A DNA stretch of 63,985 nucleotides, filler included, from a bacterium (GTDB taxonomy: Bacteria; JALSQH01): assembly GCA_027004335.1 (NCBI GenBank). It is 14 parts of 14 records of this genome, joined end to end, with 100 filler letters (N's around TTAATTAATTAA, not from the genome) between each part and the next. Parts side by side here need not be neighbours in the genome. Positions count along the whole stretch, not along the records: positions 7,411 to 11,010 come from JALTID010000109.1; positions 11,111 to 21,735 come from JALTID010000110.1; 12 more parts are not named here. One strand, 5' to 3'. Made by a program: the position numbers and the translations under genes. Below the pieces are notes generated by a model. The model searched no databases and was not told the DNA's origin. It was given only the letters and a program-made list of their open reading frames with translations. The stretch's first letter is position 1. Each line of letters opens with the position of its first letter. Below, piece after piece: positions 9,245-20,241 of this stretch.

Positions 9245-10524
9245 GAAAGGTTAGTTATTCCGCAATCATTATTTTACTTCTACTTTCCTCGCCTCTCGCT
9301 GCAGCTCCAAAGGTGCTGGTGCTAAAAATATTTGCCACCATAAATCCAGCCACAAGCGATTATATTCAGAGTGGCATTGAAAAGGCATCAAGAGAAAATT
9401 TTGCCGCTGTACTGATAGAAATGGACACGCCGGGAGGGCTTTTAACCTCTACCAGAGAAATTGTAAAATCAATCTTAAATTCTCCCGTTCCAGTAATTGT
9501 TTATATTTACCCTCCAGGGGCCCATGCAGGCTCTGCGGGGGTTTTCATCACACTTTCTGCAAATATTGCAGCCATGGCACCAGGAACAAATATAGGAGCG
9601 GCACACCCCGTAACTATCGGAGGCGGAAGCAAAAATAAAAATCAAGAAGAATTAATGAAAAAAGTGGAAAATGATGCCGTTGCCTTTATCAAAGCCATTG
9701 CAAAGGTGAGACATAGAAATGTAAAATGGGCACAAAATGCAGTGAGAAAAAGTATCACCGCCACTGCTCAAGAAGCTCTTAAAGAACATGTTATTGATGT
9801 GATTGCTACTACACCTTTAGAGCTTCTGGAAAAAATTAATGGATGGAGAGCAACTGTAAGAGGGAACATGGTAACATTCAATACAGCCGGTGCCCTCCTG
9901 GTGGATTATCCCATGAGTACACGATATAAGATAGTTAATACCCTGGCACATCCAGAACTTGCATATATTCTGATGCTGATTGGAATGCTTGGAATCTATT
10001 TTGAACTTTCTCATCCTGGAGCGATTTTACCGGGGGTGGTGGGTGGGATATCTATCATACTTGCAGCAATTGCATTTCAATTTCTACCTATAAATACAGG
10101 GGGATTACTTCTGATAATTCTGGCAATGATCCTGATCATACTTGAACTTTTTCTTCCTACCATGGGAGTTCTTGCAGTAGCTGGCGTAATTTCTTTTATC
10201 CTTGGATCACTGCTACTATACAATAAAAGTTCAGGTGTTGTCCTTAGCACTTCGGTGATAATAACTTCCACTGTAATTCTGGGTGGAGCAATCCTGCTGG
10301 TCTCATATCTCATTTATCAGGCACACAAAAGACAGGTAAGAACCGGACAGGAGGGGCTTATGGGGGAAATTGGAGAAGCTGTTACGAAAATAAATGGGAA
10401 AGGAGGAAAAGTTTTTGTTCATGGAGAATACTGGAACGCTTATTCTGATTCCACAGTGAAAAAAGGAGAGCAAATTATTGTAGAAAAAACAGACGGTATG
10501 AAATTAAAAGTTAAAAAATATTAG
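9241..10524 (+). CDS. nfeD: NfeD (long form, ClpP-like serine protease domain)
   Basis: MDTPGG, AGSAG, GTNIGAAHP, TM bundle, C-terminal OB domain (GKVFVHGEYW); real start ATG 9241 overlaps the udg stop. Confidence 0.93.
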   Translation: MRKVSYSAIIILLLLSSPLAAAPKVLVLKIFATINPATSDYIQSGIEKASRENFAAVLIEMDTPGGLLTSTREIVKSILNSPVPVIVYIYPPGAHAGSAGVFITLSANIAAMAPGTNIGAAHPVTIGGGSKNKNQEELMKKVENDAVAFIKAIAKVRHRNVKWAQNAVRKSITATAQEALKEHVIDVIATTPLELLEKINGWRATVRGNMVTFNTAGALLVDYPMSTRYKIVNTLAHPELAYILMLIGMLGIYFELSHPGAILPGVVGGISIILAAIAFQFLPINTGGLLLIILAMILIILELFLPTMGVLAVAGVISFILGSLLLYNKSSGVVLSTSVIITSTVILGGAILLVSYLIYQAHKRQVRTGQEGLMGEIGEAVTKINGKGGKVFVHGEYWNAYSDSTVKKGEQIIVEKTDGMKLKVKKY

Positions 10525-10536
10525 GGAGGATAAATC

Positions 10537-11010
10537 ATGAGTACAAGTTTAATAACTGCGATCGTTATAATTCTCTTCATTCTTCTCGCAGCAATAAGGA
10601 TTCTCAACGAATATGAAAGAGGTGTTGTGTTCAGGCTGGGGAGGGTAATAGGTGCCAAAGGTCCCGGTATTTTCTTACTAATCCCCGTTGTTGATAAAAT
10701 GGTAAAAGTGAGTCTTAGAACAGTTGTAATGGATGTTCCACCCCAGGATGTAATAACCAAGGACAATGTTTCCATTAAGGTAAATGCTGTTGTATACTTC
10801 AGGGTACTGGAACCAGTGAAGGCGGTGATTGAGGTGGAAAATTATTTTTCTGCTACATCCCAGTTAGCCCAGACAACCCTTAGGGCGATCTGTGGAGAGG
10901 TTGAGTTAGATGACCTTCTTTCAAGAAGGGAAAAAATCAATGAACAATTACAGACCATTCTTGACAAGCACACTGATCCATGGGGAATAAAGGTAAGCAC
11001 GGTAGAAATA
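10537..11010 (+). CDS. Slipin/stomatin (SPFH/Band 7) protein, 3' truncated
   Basis: [37 protein letters not shown]; canonical partner of nfeD. Confidence 0.95.
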
Positions 11011-11110
11011 NNNNNNNNNNNNNNNNNNNNNNNNNNNNNNNNNNNNNNNNNNNNTTAATTAATTAANNNNNNNNNNNNNNNNNNNNNNNNNNNNNNNNNN
11101 NNNNNNNNNN

Positions 11111-11362
11111 GTGGATTGGCTGCAGAATTTTGAAGATGGGTGGAAAGCCAAGAATACCATGGTTAGAACAGGTATTGAAATCCTTTTAAAAGGTATAATA
11201 GGAATTACAGGTGGCTGGGATCTGGAGGGTTACAAAGATAACACATATACCGGTGGAGTTTTCTGGAGGTATCCAAAAGGCATAGTTGCGTACAGCTTTT
11301 CAAGCAGTCAGCTTAATGGCGAAACCCACATGTTAAGTGTTGAATTTTATATCTTCCAGTAG
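11111..11362 (+). CDS. Hypothetical protein, C-terminal fragment (beta-strand rich, possibly outer membrane)
   Basis: Open from contig start; YSF...LNGETHMLSVEF resembles barrel C-termini. Confidence 0.45.
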   Translation: MDWLQNFEDGWKAKNTMVRTGIEILLKGIIGITGGWDLEGYKDNTYTGGVFWRYPKGIVAYSFSSSQLNGETHMLSVEFYIFQ

Positions 11363-11367
11363 AAGAG

Positions 11368-11869
11368 ATGATATATATACTTTTGGCATTATTATTACTG
11401 GGGATCACTTTTTTTTTCTTTTTAAGTTCTGCTCTTATATTTTCTGCCGGGGAAATAAATAAGCTAAAAATTGGATTTATTTCTTTTAACTGGCCTGCAC
11501 TTCTGTGGAAATTTAAAAAGAAGACAGGAAATGGAAAGGAAAATTCCAGAGGAAAAAAGAAGAAAAAGGGTAATAGCTTAANNNNNNNNNNAACTTATGA
11601 AAAAGGCTCCCATTTACTTTAAGATGGCAGAGGTTGTTGTGAAAAATAGCAGAGCTGAGTTTTATATTTCCACTGGCGACCCTTTTTCCGATGGCCTCGC
11701 ATCAGGTGTGAAATATTCCTTTGGTCTGCATAACTTCCATCCTTCCTTTGATATTCGCCCTAAATATCTTTTCCTCTATGGGACACGCCTTTTTACATTT
11801 GTAAGAATTGGAGTATTATGGATAATGGAAACTATAAGGAAGGGGGTTAGAAATGTCTTTTTACATTGA
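11368..11869 (+). CDS. Hypothetical membrane-anchored protein (YtfI/DUF2953-like), interrupted by a 10-N gap at 11582-11591
   Basis: N-terminal TM, basic linker, TGDPFSDG motif after the gap; lies directly upstream of a ytfJ-like gene. Confidence 0.5.
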
Positions 11870-12239
11870 AGCTATTGAAAAAATGTTTGGAAATTTCAAA
11901 GCTCTCACCACCACCAAAACGGTGGTAGGTGAACCTGTTGTAGTTGGAGATAGGACGATCATTCCTCTTATTCAGGCTGTAATAGGTTTTGGTGGTGGAG
12001 GTGGAGAGGGAGCCCTGAAGGATAAGCTTGTTAAAAAAAGGAAAGGTGACACACAGGGCAACTTTTCTGGGATCGGAGGTGGTATGAGGATCACCCCTGT
12101 TGCATTGCTTATAGTTGATAAAGATGGTGTTTCATTTATAAGGGTTAATAAAGGTGGAACAGGTTTTGATAAACTTGTTGAGACAATCCCTGAAGTTATT
12201 GATAAGTTTATCAAGAGAACTCCCAGGAACGAAGAGTAG
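11853..12239 (+). CDS. GerW/YtfJ family protein
   Basis: TKTVVGEP, TIIPL, GFGGGGGEG, GGGMRITPVALL, IPEVIDK. Confidence 0.88.
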   Translation: MSFYIEAIEKMFGNFKALTTTKTVVGEPVVVGDRTIIPLIQAVIGFGGGGGEGALKDKLVKKRKGDTQGNFSGIGGGMRITPVALLIVDKDGVSFIRVNKGGTGFDKLVETIPEVIDKFIKRTPRNEE

Positions 12240-12247
12240 ATGATAGG

Positions 12248-12721
12248 ATGGTAGGAATTGGATTTGACTTCCATCTGTTTGAGGAAGGAAAGAAGATTGT
12301 ACTGGGTGGAGTTTCTATTCCTTCGCCCTATGCTCTGAAGGGTCATTCAGATGCTGATGTGATAATTCATGCCATAGTTGATGCTATTCTGGGGGCAGCG
12401 GGATTGGGTGACATTGGTGATTATTTTCCCCCCACCGATGAAAAGTGGAAAAACGCTGAAAGCAGATTTTTTTTAAAAAAAGTTCTTGAAATGATAACAG
12501 ACAGGGGGTTAAAGATTATTAATGTTGATGTAACTTACATTGGTGAAATTCCAAGACTTGGAAATTATAAAAAAATTATTGCGGATAACCTTTCCAGAAT
12601 TACCGGTGCCCCTGTGAATATGAAGGCTACCACAATGGAGGGAGCCGGGATAATAGGCAACAGAGAGGGAGCTGCTGCAATTGCGGTGGTTCAATTGGAG
12701 GCAGGGAAGAATGGTTGTTGA
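12248..12721 (+). CDS. ispF: 2-C-methyl-D-erythritol 2,4-cyclodiphosphate synthase
   Basis: GFDFH, GHSDADV, LGDIG, KATTME. Confidence 0.96.
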   Translation: MVGIGFDFHLFEEGKKIVLGGVSIPSPYALKGHSDADVIIHAIVDAILGAAGLGDIGDYFPPTDEKWKNAESRFFLKKVLEMITDRGLKIINVDVTYIGEIPRLGNYKKIIADNLSRITGAPVNMKATTMEGAGIIGNREGAAAIAVVQLEAGKNGC

Positions 12722-12908
12722 GAAGGATCTTACAGAGTATGTTTCCTGCTATGTATGTGCATGGCGCGAAACCTGTAAAATAAGATATGGGAAACCACCC
12801 TCTTATGCAAAAAGATGTCCTGAATTCACATGGGATGTTACTATAAAAAAAAGGATAATTGCTGAGCTGGAGAAAGAGGAGAAGGGGGGGAAGAAGCAAG
12901 ATGCGTGA
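12711..12908 (+). CDS. Small four-Cys hypothetical protein (65 aa)
   Basis: GGAGG SD; CYVCAWRETC...CPEF; overlaps both ispF and argS. Confidence 0.7.
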   Translation: MVVEKDLTEYVSCYVCAWRETCKIRYGKPPSYAKRCPEFTWDVTIKKRIIAELEKEEKGGKKQDA

Positions 12909-14529
12909 GCAGATCAGGAAGCGTCTGAGCCATAGGCTTCGTGGGGTTTTTCCAGAGATCTCCACTGATTTCCAGATCAAGATCGACGAGCCGCCTGATA
13001 GTTCTATGGGGGATTTTTCCACGAATATTGCGATAGTTCTTGCAGGAAAATTAAAACAACCTCCCCGCCAGATCGCGGAGAAAATTGTGGAAAAATGGGG
13101 AGATACATGGTTTGAAAAAGTGGAAGCAGCTGGGCCAGGTTTTATAAATTTTTTTATTTCCCTTGATGGGTGGAGAGAGTGGGTAGCAGGAATTATTGAA
13201 GGAAAGGAAGATTTTTTTGCTCCTCCTGCTAAAAAAAGGAAGATCCACCTTGAATTTGTTAGTGCAAATCCTACAGGTCCTCTTCATGTAGGACATGGTC
13301 GAGGGGCTGCACTGGGAGATACTCTTGGCAGGTTGCTGAAAAAAATAGGGTATGATGTTTTTACTGAATATTATATAAATGACGGAGGCAGACAGATAGA
13401 TAACCTTGGTGAATCTGTTTATCTTCGTTATAAGGAATTATTTGGGGAAAAAGTAGAGTTGAGGAATGACCACTATAAGGGAGATTATGTTATTGAAATT
13501 GCAAAGGAAATTAAAGAAAAATATGGTGATAAATTTCTTGAGAAACCTGACCCATCTTTTTTCAGCAGGTACGCAGCTGAGAGGATTCTTTCCTGGATAA
13601 GGAAAGATTTAGAATTATTCAGAGTGAGGTTTGATTCCTGGTTTTCTGAAAGAAGGGTGTATGATGAAGGAATTGTCAGTGATACCCTTAACATACTTAG
13701 AGAGAAAGGGCTTACATATGAAAAAGATGGGGCTCTGTGGTTTAAGTCTTCCAATTTTGGAGATGAAAAGGATAGAGTTTTAATTAGATCAAATGGAGAT
13801 CCAACCTATTTTCTTGCCGATATTGCCTATCACAGATTAAAATTTGAAGGGGGCTATGACCTCATCATTGATATCTGGGGCGCTGATCATCATGGATACG
13901 AACCCCGGATAAGGGCAGCTATGAAGGCTCTTGGTTTTGATGATAGGAGAATCAGGATCCTGTTTATCCAGCTAGTCTCCCTTAAGAAAGGGGGAGAGAC
14001 TATTTCTATGAGCACGCGGACGGGAGAATTTGTAACCCTGAAAGAAGTACTGGAAGAGGTGGGGGTAGATGCTTCAAGGTTTTTCTTTCTCCTCAGGAGA
14101 AACGACTCACATCTTGATTTTGACCTTGATCTTGCCAGGAAGCAGTCCAGCGAAAATCCTGTTTACTATGTGCAGTATGCACATGCAAGAATATCCAGTA
14201 TTTTTCAGCAGGCAGTTAAAAAGAGATACAGTGTGAAAAATTTAAAATTTGATATGGGTGTTATTTCCAGAAAGGAGATCCCTCTTCTTAAAAAAATCAG
14301 TGAGTTCAATGAGATACTGGAAAGCGGTGTTAGGGATCTTACCCCCCATAGGATACCATTTTATCTTGTAGAACTTGCCCGACAGTTTCACCAGTATTAT
14401 AATGAAGTTAGAGTTCTTGTGGAGGATGAGAAAGAGAGAAGCAGTAGATTGTTGCTTGCAAAGGTGGTTCAGGACCTGATAAGAGAGGGACTTGATATTA
14501 TAGGAGTGAGTGCACCGGAAAAGATGTGA
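12901..14529 (+). CDS. argS: Arginine--tRNA ligase
   Basis: EFVSANPTGPLHVGHGR, WGADHHGY, MSTRTGEFV, YYVQYAHAR; likely start ATG 12901. Confidence 0.98.
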   Translation: MREQIRKRLSHRLRGVFPEISTDFQIKIDEPPDSSMGDFSTNIAIVLAGKLKQPPRQIAEKIVEKWGDTWFEKVEAAGPGFINFFISLDGWREWVAGIIEGKEDFFAPPAKKRKIHLEFVSANPTGPLHVGHGRGAALGDTLGRLLKKIGYDVFTEYYINDGGRQIDNLGESVYLRYKELFGEKVELRNDHYKGDYVIEIAKEIKEKYGDKFLEKPDPSFFSRYAAERILSWIRKDLELFRVRFDSWFSERRVYDEGIVSDTLNILREKGLTYEKDGALWFKSSNFGDEKDRVLIRSNGDPTYFLADIAYHRLKFEGGYDLIIDIWGADHHGYEPRIRAAMKALGFDDRRIRILFIQLVSLKKGGETISMSTRTGEFVTLKEVLEEVGVDASRFFFLLRRNDSHLDFDLDLARKQSSENPVYYVQYAHARISSIFQQAVKKRYSVKNLKFDMGVISRKEIPLLKKISEFNEILESGVRDLTPHRIPFYLVELARQFHQYYNEVRVLVEDEKERSSRLLLAKVVQDLIREGLDIIGVSAPEKM

Positions 14530-15212
14530 GAATGAAGGAAAAAATTATATTTACTCTTGAGAAGAGAGAAATTGTATTGATTATCACAATTTTTTTCGTC
14601 TTTTCTGTAGCCTTATTTTTACTTGGTTTTTTTACTGGCTCCAGAAATTGCTCCATTGTTGCGACTAAGCCACGGGTGAAGGAGGAAAAAGTTGTGGTTA
14701 CTCCTTCTGCGGAGAAAAAAAGTGTTGAGTATGTTTTTTCTGAAACGACAAATACAGAGAAAATTGTTCCTTCCAAAAGAGGTTTCTTGGAAAGTGCAAC
14801 TACTTCTGTTGAGGTAATTCCTCCTTCCGGGATGGAGACACTTAAAGTTGTAAAGAGGAAGGGAGAAATTCCCGTTAGAAAGAGGATAAAAGTTCAGAAA
14901 AGAAAAATCAAAAAAGTTTCCTCTCATCCCTCTGAGCTTGTGAAAAAGCTTCCCTCACCCCCGCTTAAGATAGAAAAACCATACACCATTCAGGTGGCTG
15001 CATATAAAAACAAGAAGGATGCTCTACTCCTGATTTATAAGTTGAGAAAGAGAGGATTTAGAGCTTATTTTCAAAGAGTAAACATTTTAGGTAGAGGAAT
15101 ATGGTATCGGGTAAGGATAGGTCATTTCCCCACGAAGGAAAAGGCTTCTCAGATTGCAAACAGAGTTAGAAGAGAAACATCTCTACCTACTTTTATTACT
15201 ATATCCAGGTAG
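14526..15212 (+). CDS. SPOR domain protein (FtsN-like)
   Basis: TM anchor, linker, YTIQVAAY...WYRVRIGHF; typical argS-SPOR order. Confidence 0.88.
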   Translation: MRMKEKIIFTLEKREIVLIITIFFVFSVALFLLGFFTGSRNCSIVATKPRVKEEKVVVTPSAEKKSVEYVFSETTNTEKIVPSKRGFLESATTSVEVIPPSGMETLKVVKRKGEIPVRKRIKVQKRKIKKVSSHPSELVKKLPSPPLKIEKPYTIQVAAYKNKKDALLLIYKLRKRGFRAYFQRVNILGRGIWYRVRIGHFPTKEKASQIANRVRRETSLPTFITISR

Positions 15213-15218
15213 CATGCC

Positions 15219-16325
15219 ATGGGGCTCACAGGTAATCTAAAAACAATGAAAATGCCTGAACTTCTCCAATGGGCCGCTTCTTCTGCTAAGAGCGGAGAGC
15301 TTAAAATTATTTCAGGTCCAGTAATAAAAAAAATTTTTTTTCGTAATGGTTATATTATTGGTGCGTTTTCAAATCTCCCCTCAGATTATTTGGGGCAGAT
15401 GCTTTTGAGTTACAGGAAATTAAATAAAGAACAGCTTAAAGAGGCGCTTACTGAACAGAAGAATAGTGATAAGAAGTTAGGGGAGATAATTCTTCAAAAA
15501 GGATGGTTGACTGAGGAAGAATTAAAGGATCTAATTTATATTCAGGTTCTTGAAATTATTTATAGTCTCTTTCTCCTACCAGATGGAGAGTTTGTTTTTA
15601 CTGATAATCCTTCTCAAGCTATGGAGCTTTTTAATTTGAAGCTCCCTGTGGAGGGAATTATTCTTGAAGGAATTTTCAGGAAGGATGAGTGGAAGAGAAT
15701 CACAAAGGTTTTCACTTCTGATGATATTATTTTTGAGGTGGCGGTCCCTGATGCTTTGCTGAACAGTTCATCATATACTGACAGGAAAATTTATAAATTG
15801 ATAACCAAGAACAAGACCCTGGGGGAAATTGCCTATAATATGAGGCATCCCCAATTTCAAATTTATAGAAGATTATTTGAGTTATATGAGGCCGGGATTA
15901 TTAAAATTAAGATGAAAAAAAGGAGGCCCAAGGAGGAACATATCATCTACCCAGAGGATCTATACCAATCTGCAAAGGAGTATGAAAAAAGAGGTAAGTA
16001 TGAGAAGGCAATGGTTCTCTATTGGAAGATATATAGAATGAAAGGATTAAAATTAGATGATACTGTCTGGGCACGGAAGGCAATGGATAGGGCGTTGAAG
16101 ATACTTAAAGATCGTTTTGTTCCTATCCACAAAGTGCCTGTTTTAACCCTTCCTCTATCACATCTTCTAAAGCTTCATTTTACCCCTGAGGAGGGATACA
16201 TGATTTCAAGAATTGATGGGGTATGGGATGTTGATTCAATAGTAAAGGTAAGTCCATTGCCAGAAGTAGAGGCTCTTTACTTTTTTAAGAAGTTGAAAGA
16301 CAGGGGAATAATCCAACTGAAATGA
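15219..16325 (+). CDS. DUF4388 (PATAN-like) domain protein
   Basis: [16 protein letters not shown]...KSGEL, LGQML/KLGEIIL MshEN-like repeats, [25 protein letters not shown]. Confidence 0.82.
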   Translation: MGLTGNLKTMKMPELLQWAASSAKSGELKIISGPVIKKIFFRNGYIIGAFSNLPSDYLGQMLLSYRKLNKEQLKEALTEQKNSDKKLGEIILQKGWLTEEELKDLIYIQVLEIIYSLFLLPDGEFVFTDNPSQAMELFNLKLPVEGIILEGIFRKDEWKRITKVFTSDDIIFEVAVPDALLNSSSYTDRKIYKLITKNKTLGEIAYNMRHPQFQIYRRLFELYEAGIIKIKMKKRRPKEEHIIYPEDLYQSAKEYEKRGKYEKAMVLYWKIYRMKGLKLDDTVWARKAMDRALKILKDRFVPIHKVPVLTLPLSHLLKLHFTPEEGYMISRIDGVWDVDSIVKVSPLPEVEALYFFKKLKDRGIIQLK

Positions 16326-16335
16326 GGAGGCTGAG

Positions 16336-18822
16336 ATGAAAAAGTACGACCCTGCGGAAATTGAGCAGAAGTGGCAGAAGAAATGGGGAGAAAAAAAATT
16401 ATTCAGGGCCAGGAAGGACCCTTCAAGGAAAAAATATTATGTGCTTGAAATGTTCCCCTACCCAAGCGGGAAACTCCACATGGGTCATGTGAGGAATTAC
16501 TCAATAGGGGATGTAATTGCAAGGTACAAATGGATGCAGGGATTTAATGTACTTCATCCTATGGGCTGGGATGCCTTTGGCTTACCAGCAGAAAATGCTG
16601 CAATAAAGCATAACACTCATCCCGCTGAATGGACATTTAAAAACATTGATTATATGAGAAAGCAACTTAAGAGACTGGGATTTTCCTATGATTGGGATAG
16701 AGAGGTTACCACCTGTGCACCTGAGTATTACAGATGGGAGCAGAAGATCTTTACTGAGATGCTGAAAAGGGGACTGGCATACAAAAAAACCTCTCTTGTT
16801 AACTGGTGTCCCAATTGCAAGACAGTTCTTGCCAATGAGCAGGTAATTGATGGTAAATGCTGGAGATGCAATACCCCAGTGGAACTTAAAGAGCTTGATC
16901 AGTGGTTTTTTAAAATTACTGACTATGCTGAGGAGCTGCTGGATGATACATATGAACTTGAGGATGGCTGGCCAGAAGAAGTACTTATTATGCAGAGAAA
17001 CTGGATCGGTAAATCCATTGGTGCTGAGGTGGATTTCCCTCTGGAGGATGGTTCCGGAAGCATAAAAATATTTACCACCAGACCTGATACACTTTTTGGA
17101 GTTACTTTTATGTCTCTTGCGCCTGAGCATCCTCTTGCTCTTGAGTTGACAAAAGGAACAGAATATGAAGAGCCTGTGAGGGAATTTATCAATAAGGTTA
17201 GAAGGGAAAATATTAGAAGGAAATCTCAGGGTGAGTATGAAAAAGAAGGAGTTTTTACAGGAAAATATGCTATCAACCCCCTCAATGGTAGAAAGGTACC
17301 CATCTATGTTGCAAATTTTGTCCTGATGGAATATGGAACTGGTGCAATTATGGCGGTTCCTGCACATGATCAGAGAGATTTTGAATTTGCAAAAAAGTAC
17401 AATATTCCCATCATAGTGGTTATTCAGCCAGAAGATAAGGAATTAAAACCTGAAGAGATGACTGAAGCCTATGTGGAACCCGGCTATCTTGTTAACTCCG
17501 GTCAATTTGATGGGACTTACAGTGAAGATGTCAAAGGGAAAATAGTGGAGTATCTTGAAGAGAAGGGAATAGGCAAAAAGAGCATTAGTTATAGATTAAG
17601 GGATTGGGGGATAAGTAGGCAGAGATACTGGGGGACACCTATTCCCGTGATTTATTGTGGTAAGGATGGGGTGGTACCTGTACCGGAAGAACAGCTTCCC
17701 GTGGAGCTTCCCACAGATGTTGATTTTACTCAGGAAGGTGGTTCTCCCCTTGCTAAAAAGGAGGAATTTGTGAATATGACCTGCCCTGTATGTGGGGGAC
17801 CAGCTAAAAGGGAGACTGACACCATGGATACTTTTGTTGAATCTTCCTGGTATTTTCTCAGATATACAAGTCCAGATTATGATAAAGGACCCTTTGATAA
17901 AGGTGAAGCTGATTACTGGATGCCTGTGGATCAATATATTGGTGGTATAGAGCATGCAGTTATGCATCTTTTGTATGCAAGATTTTATACAAAGGTGCTG
18001 AGGGATCTTGGTTATGTGGATGTAGATGAGCCCTTTTCCAGACTTCTCACTCAGGGAATGGTGCTGAAAGATGGTGCCAAGATGGATAAGTCCCGTGGCA
18101 ACATTGTGGAGCCCAATGAGATCATAGAAAAGTATGGTGCGGATACAGCAAGGTTGTTCATCATGTTTGCATCGCCCCCGGAAAAATCTCTGGAGTGGAG
18201 TGATACAGGAGTAGAGGGAGCTTTCAGATTTTTAAATAGAGTCTGGAGACTTGTTGAAGAAAATCTTGATCTTGCCTCGGCTGAATTCTCAAAGCCCGAT
18301 TTATCCACTTTTTCCATAGAAGAGAAAGAGAGTTACAGGATGCTGAATAAAGCCATAAAAAAAGTGACTGAAGATATTGAGGCTCACCATTTCAATACAG
18401 CAATTGCTGCAATAATGGAATTCATAAATTACATTACTCAGAGATTGCAGAACAGAGAGTCTCTTTCTGATGGAGAAAAAATGATCATAGGAGAATCTCT
18501 GAGGAGTGTTGTGCTTATGCTCAGCCCCTTTGTTCCACATATTACCGAGGAACTCTGGAGTGACATCAGAGGAGGAGAATTTTTTACCATTAAAGAAAAA
18601 TGGCCTGAGTATGATCCTGATGGCCTTGCAGTGGATGAGGAACTTATTGTAATTCAGGTGAATGGAAAGCTCAGGGGAAAAATAACAGTTCCTGTGGATA
18701 TTGAGGAAGAAGAGATCAGAAAGCTGGCGATGGAAAATGAAAATGTTAAAAAATACATTGAGAGAAAAGAGATAAGAAAATTCATATATCTGCCTCACAA
18801 ACTTGTGAATATTGTTGTATGA
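16336..18822 (+). CDS. leuS: Leucine--tRNA ligase
   Basis: [48 protein letters not shown] appears as KMDKS. Confidence 0.98.
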   Translation: MKKYDPAEIEQKWQKKWGEKKLFRARKDPSRKKYYVLEMFPYPSGKLHMGHVRNYSIGDVIARYKWMQGFNVLHPMGWDAFGLPAENAAIKHNTHPAEWTFKNIDYMRKQLKRLGFSYDWDREVTTCAPEYYRWEQKIFTEMLKRGLAYKKTSLVNWCPNCKTVLANEQVIDGKCWRCNTPVELKELDQWFFKITDYAEELLDDTYELEDGWPEEVLIMQRNWIGKSIGAEVDFPLEDGSGSIKIFTTRPDTLFGVTFMSLAPEHPLALELTKGTEYEEPVREFINKVRRENIRRKSQGEYEKEGVFTGKYAINPLNGRKVPIYVANFVLMEYGTGAIMAVPAHDQRDFEFAKKYNIPIIVVIQPEDKELKPEEMTEAYVEPGYLVNSGQFDGTYSEDVKGKIVEYLEEKGIGKKSISYRLRDWGISRQRYWGTPIPVIYCGKDGVVPVPEEQLPVELPTDVDFTQEGGSPLAKKEEFVNMTCPVCGGPAKRETDTMDTFVESSWYFLRYTSPDYDKGPFDKGEADYWMPVDQYIGGIEHAVMHLLYARFYTKVLRDLGYVDVDEPFSRLLTQGMVLKDGAKMDKSRGNIVEPNEIIEKYGADTARLFIMFASPPEKSLEWSDTGVEGAFRFLNRVWRLVEENLDLASAEFSKPDLSTFSIEEKESYRMLNKAIKKVTEDIEAHHFNTAIAAIMEFINYITQRLQNRESLSDGEKMIIGESLRSVVLMLSPFVPHITEELWSDIRGGEFFTIKEKWPEYDPDGLAVDEELIVIQVNGKLRGKITVPVDIEEEEIRKLAMENENVKKYIERKEIRKFIYLPHKLVNIVV

Positions 18823-19292
18823 AAAAATTTCTTTTATTTGCATTATTTTTTATGGTAGCGGGGTGTGGATACCATATTGTTCGTCCTCTTTCTGTTGCTG
18901 TTGAACTACGCAGGGTGAAGAGCAATTTCTCCGAATTACCCGGAATAGAATCTGAGCTCACAAGAGAATTAATAAAATCTTTTTCAAGCAGGGGAATTGT
19001 TCTTAAGAGACATGCCTGCCTTGGCGTCTATGTTACGCTTCTGGGTATTTCATCCTCTGAGTATTTTTATGACTCTTCCGGGAGAATTTCCCGGGTGAGA
19101 GCTAATGCTAAGTACAGAGTTAAAATTGAGGACTGTCACGGCAAAAATATAGAGAGGATTTTTTCAATACCTCTATCATACTGGTATTATGCTGAACCGT
19201 ATCCCACAGAGTCATCAAAGGCAGGAAGTATTCTTGAAGCAGTTGACCTTCTTGTAGAAAAGATCATTGAGGTTATTGGTGAAGCCTCTTAG
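18819..19292 (+). CDS. lptE: LptE-like LPS assembly lipoprotein
   Basis: Lipobox VAGC followed by GYH; conserved leuS-lptE-holA order. Confidence 0.72.
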   Translation: MKKFLLFALFFMVAGCGYHIVRPLSVAVELRRVKSNFSELPGIESELTRELIKSFSSRGIVLKRHACLGVYVTLLGISSSEYFYDSSGRISRVRANAKYRVKIEDCHGKNIERIFSIPLSYWYYAEPYPTESSKAGSILEAVDLLVEKIIEVIGEAS

Positions 19293-20241
19293 CATAGTAA
19301 ATTATTGGAGGAAGGATCCCAGGGGGCCGGTTTTTATCGTTTGTGAAGATCCCTTCTGGCAGGGTTTTTTAGAAAAAGAGTGGATTACCATTTACTTATC
19401 AAAGAGAAAAGCTCTGGTTCACCGAATTGATCTTTCACAGATGGAAATTGAGGTACTTAAAGATGCTGTGGAAGAGGGTGACCTTTTTTCCGATTTTAGA
19501 ATCATTGCTGTTAGAGGAGTAGAAAAACTCAGAGAAGAGCATATTGGTTTTTTAAAAAGTGCATTTAATGAATCTGGGAATTTTTATGATATCATAGCTC
19601 TCAGCAGTTCTCCTTTGAAAGGTTTTCAGGGCGGTGAAAAATTTTATTCCATACCTTCTTCTCTAACTCCAGCGGATATTGAAGAAGTCATAAAATATCT
19701 GGTGGAAAAGGGTGGAGGGAATATTGATAAGGATGCTCTGTCACTTCTGACAGATTTTGTTGGTAATAATTTGATGTTTATAGAGAAAGATATTGAGAAA
19801 CTTCTCTCCTATCACGAAGATGGTCATATAGATACTGGTGCGATAAGAGAGTTAGTTGCTCCTCTGAAGGAAGAAAATATTTTTAATATTTCTGGAGCAA
19901 TAGCGTCTGGTAGAACGGATGAAGCGTTAAAGATAGTGGATAATCTTCTTGAAAGGGTTCATCCTCTTCAAATTATTAGGTTTATTACTTCCTATTATAA
20001 AAGGCTCGCTGAGATAAAGTTTCTCCTGTCTGAAAGGAAGGATCTGGATGAGATTAGAAAAATTCTTTCTCTTAAAGATTATTACCTAAGAAAATTACTT
20101 TCAGAGGCTCAGGGAGTTTCTGAAGAAAATCTTGAAAAGATTTTTTTCATTTTAGATGAAGCTGAGTTAGAAGTGAAGAAGAACCAGCTTCCTCCTGGTG
20201 TTGTAATCAAGAAAATAGTTATGAGACTTTCTGAAATTTAG
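19279..20241 (+). CDS. holA: DNA polymerase III delta subunit
   Basis: LFSD, IEKLLSY, ENIFN motifs; synteny with lptE and rpsT. Confidence 0.85.
   Translation: MKPLSIVNYWRKDPRGPVFIVCEDPFWQGFLEKEWITIYLSKRKALVHRIDLSQMEIEVLKDAVEEGDLFSDFRIIAVRGVEKLREEHIGFLKSAFNESGNFYDIIALSSSPLKGFQGGEKFYSIPSSLTPADIEEVIKYLVEKGGGNIDKDALSLLTDFVGNNLMFIEKDIEKLLSYHEDGHIDTGAIRELVAPLKEENIFNISGAIASGRTDEALKIVDNLLERVHPLQIIRFITSYYKRLAEIKFLLSERKDLDEIRKILSLKDYYLRKLLSEAQGVSEENLEKIFFILDEAELEVKKNQLPPGVVIKKIVMRLSEI

Noticed and set aside
9241..11010. nfeD-slipin pair as a novel system
   Set aside because: Well-described, widespread operon
11368..11869. Two separate small ORFs, or a programmed frameshift
   Set aside because: Separated by a 10-N gap of unknown true length; most simply one gene
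16582..18843. Long antisense ORFs over leuS (and similar ones over udg, argB, ffh, fusA)
   Set aside because: Shadow frames of conserved genes with no motifs or SD
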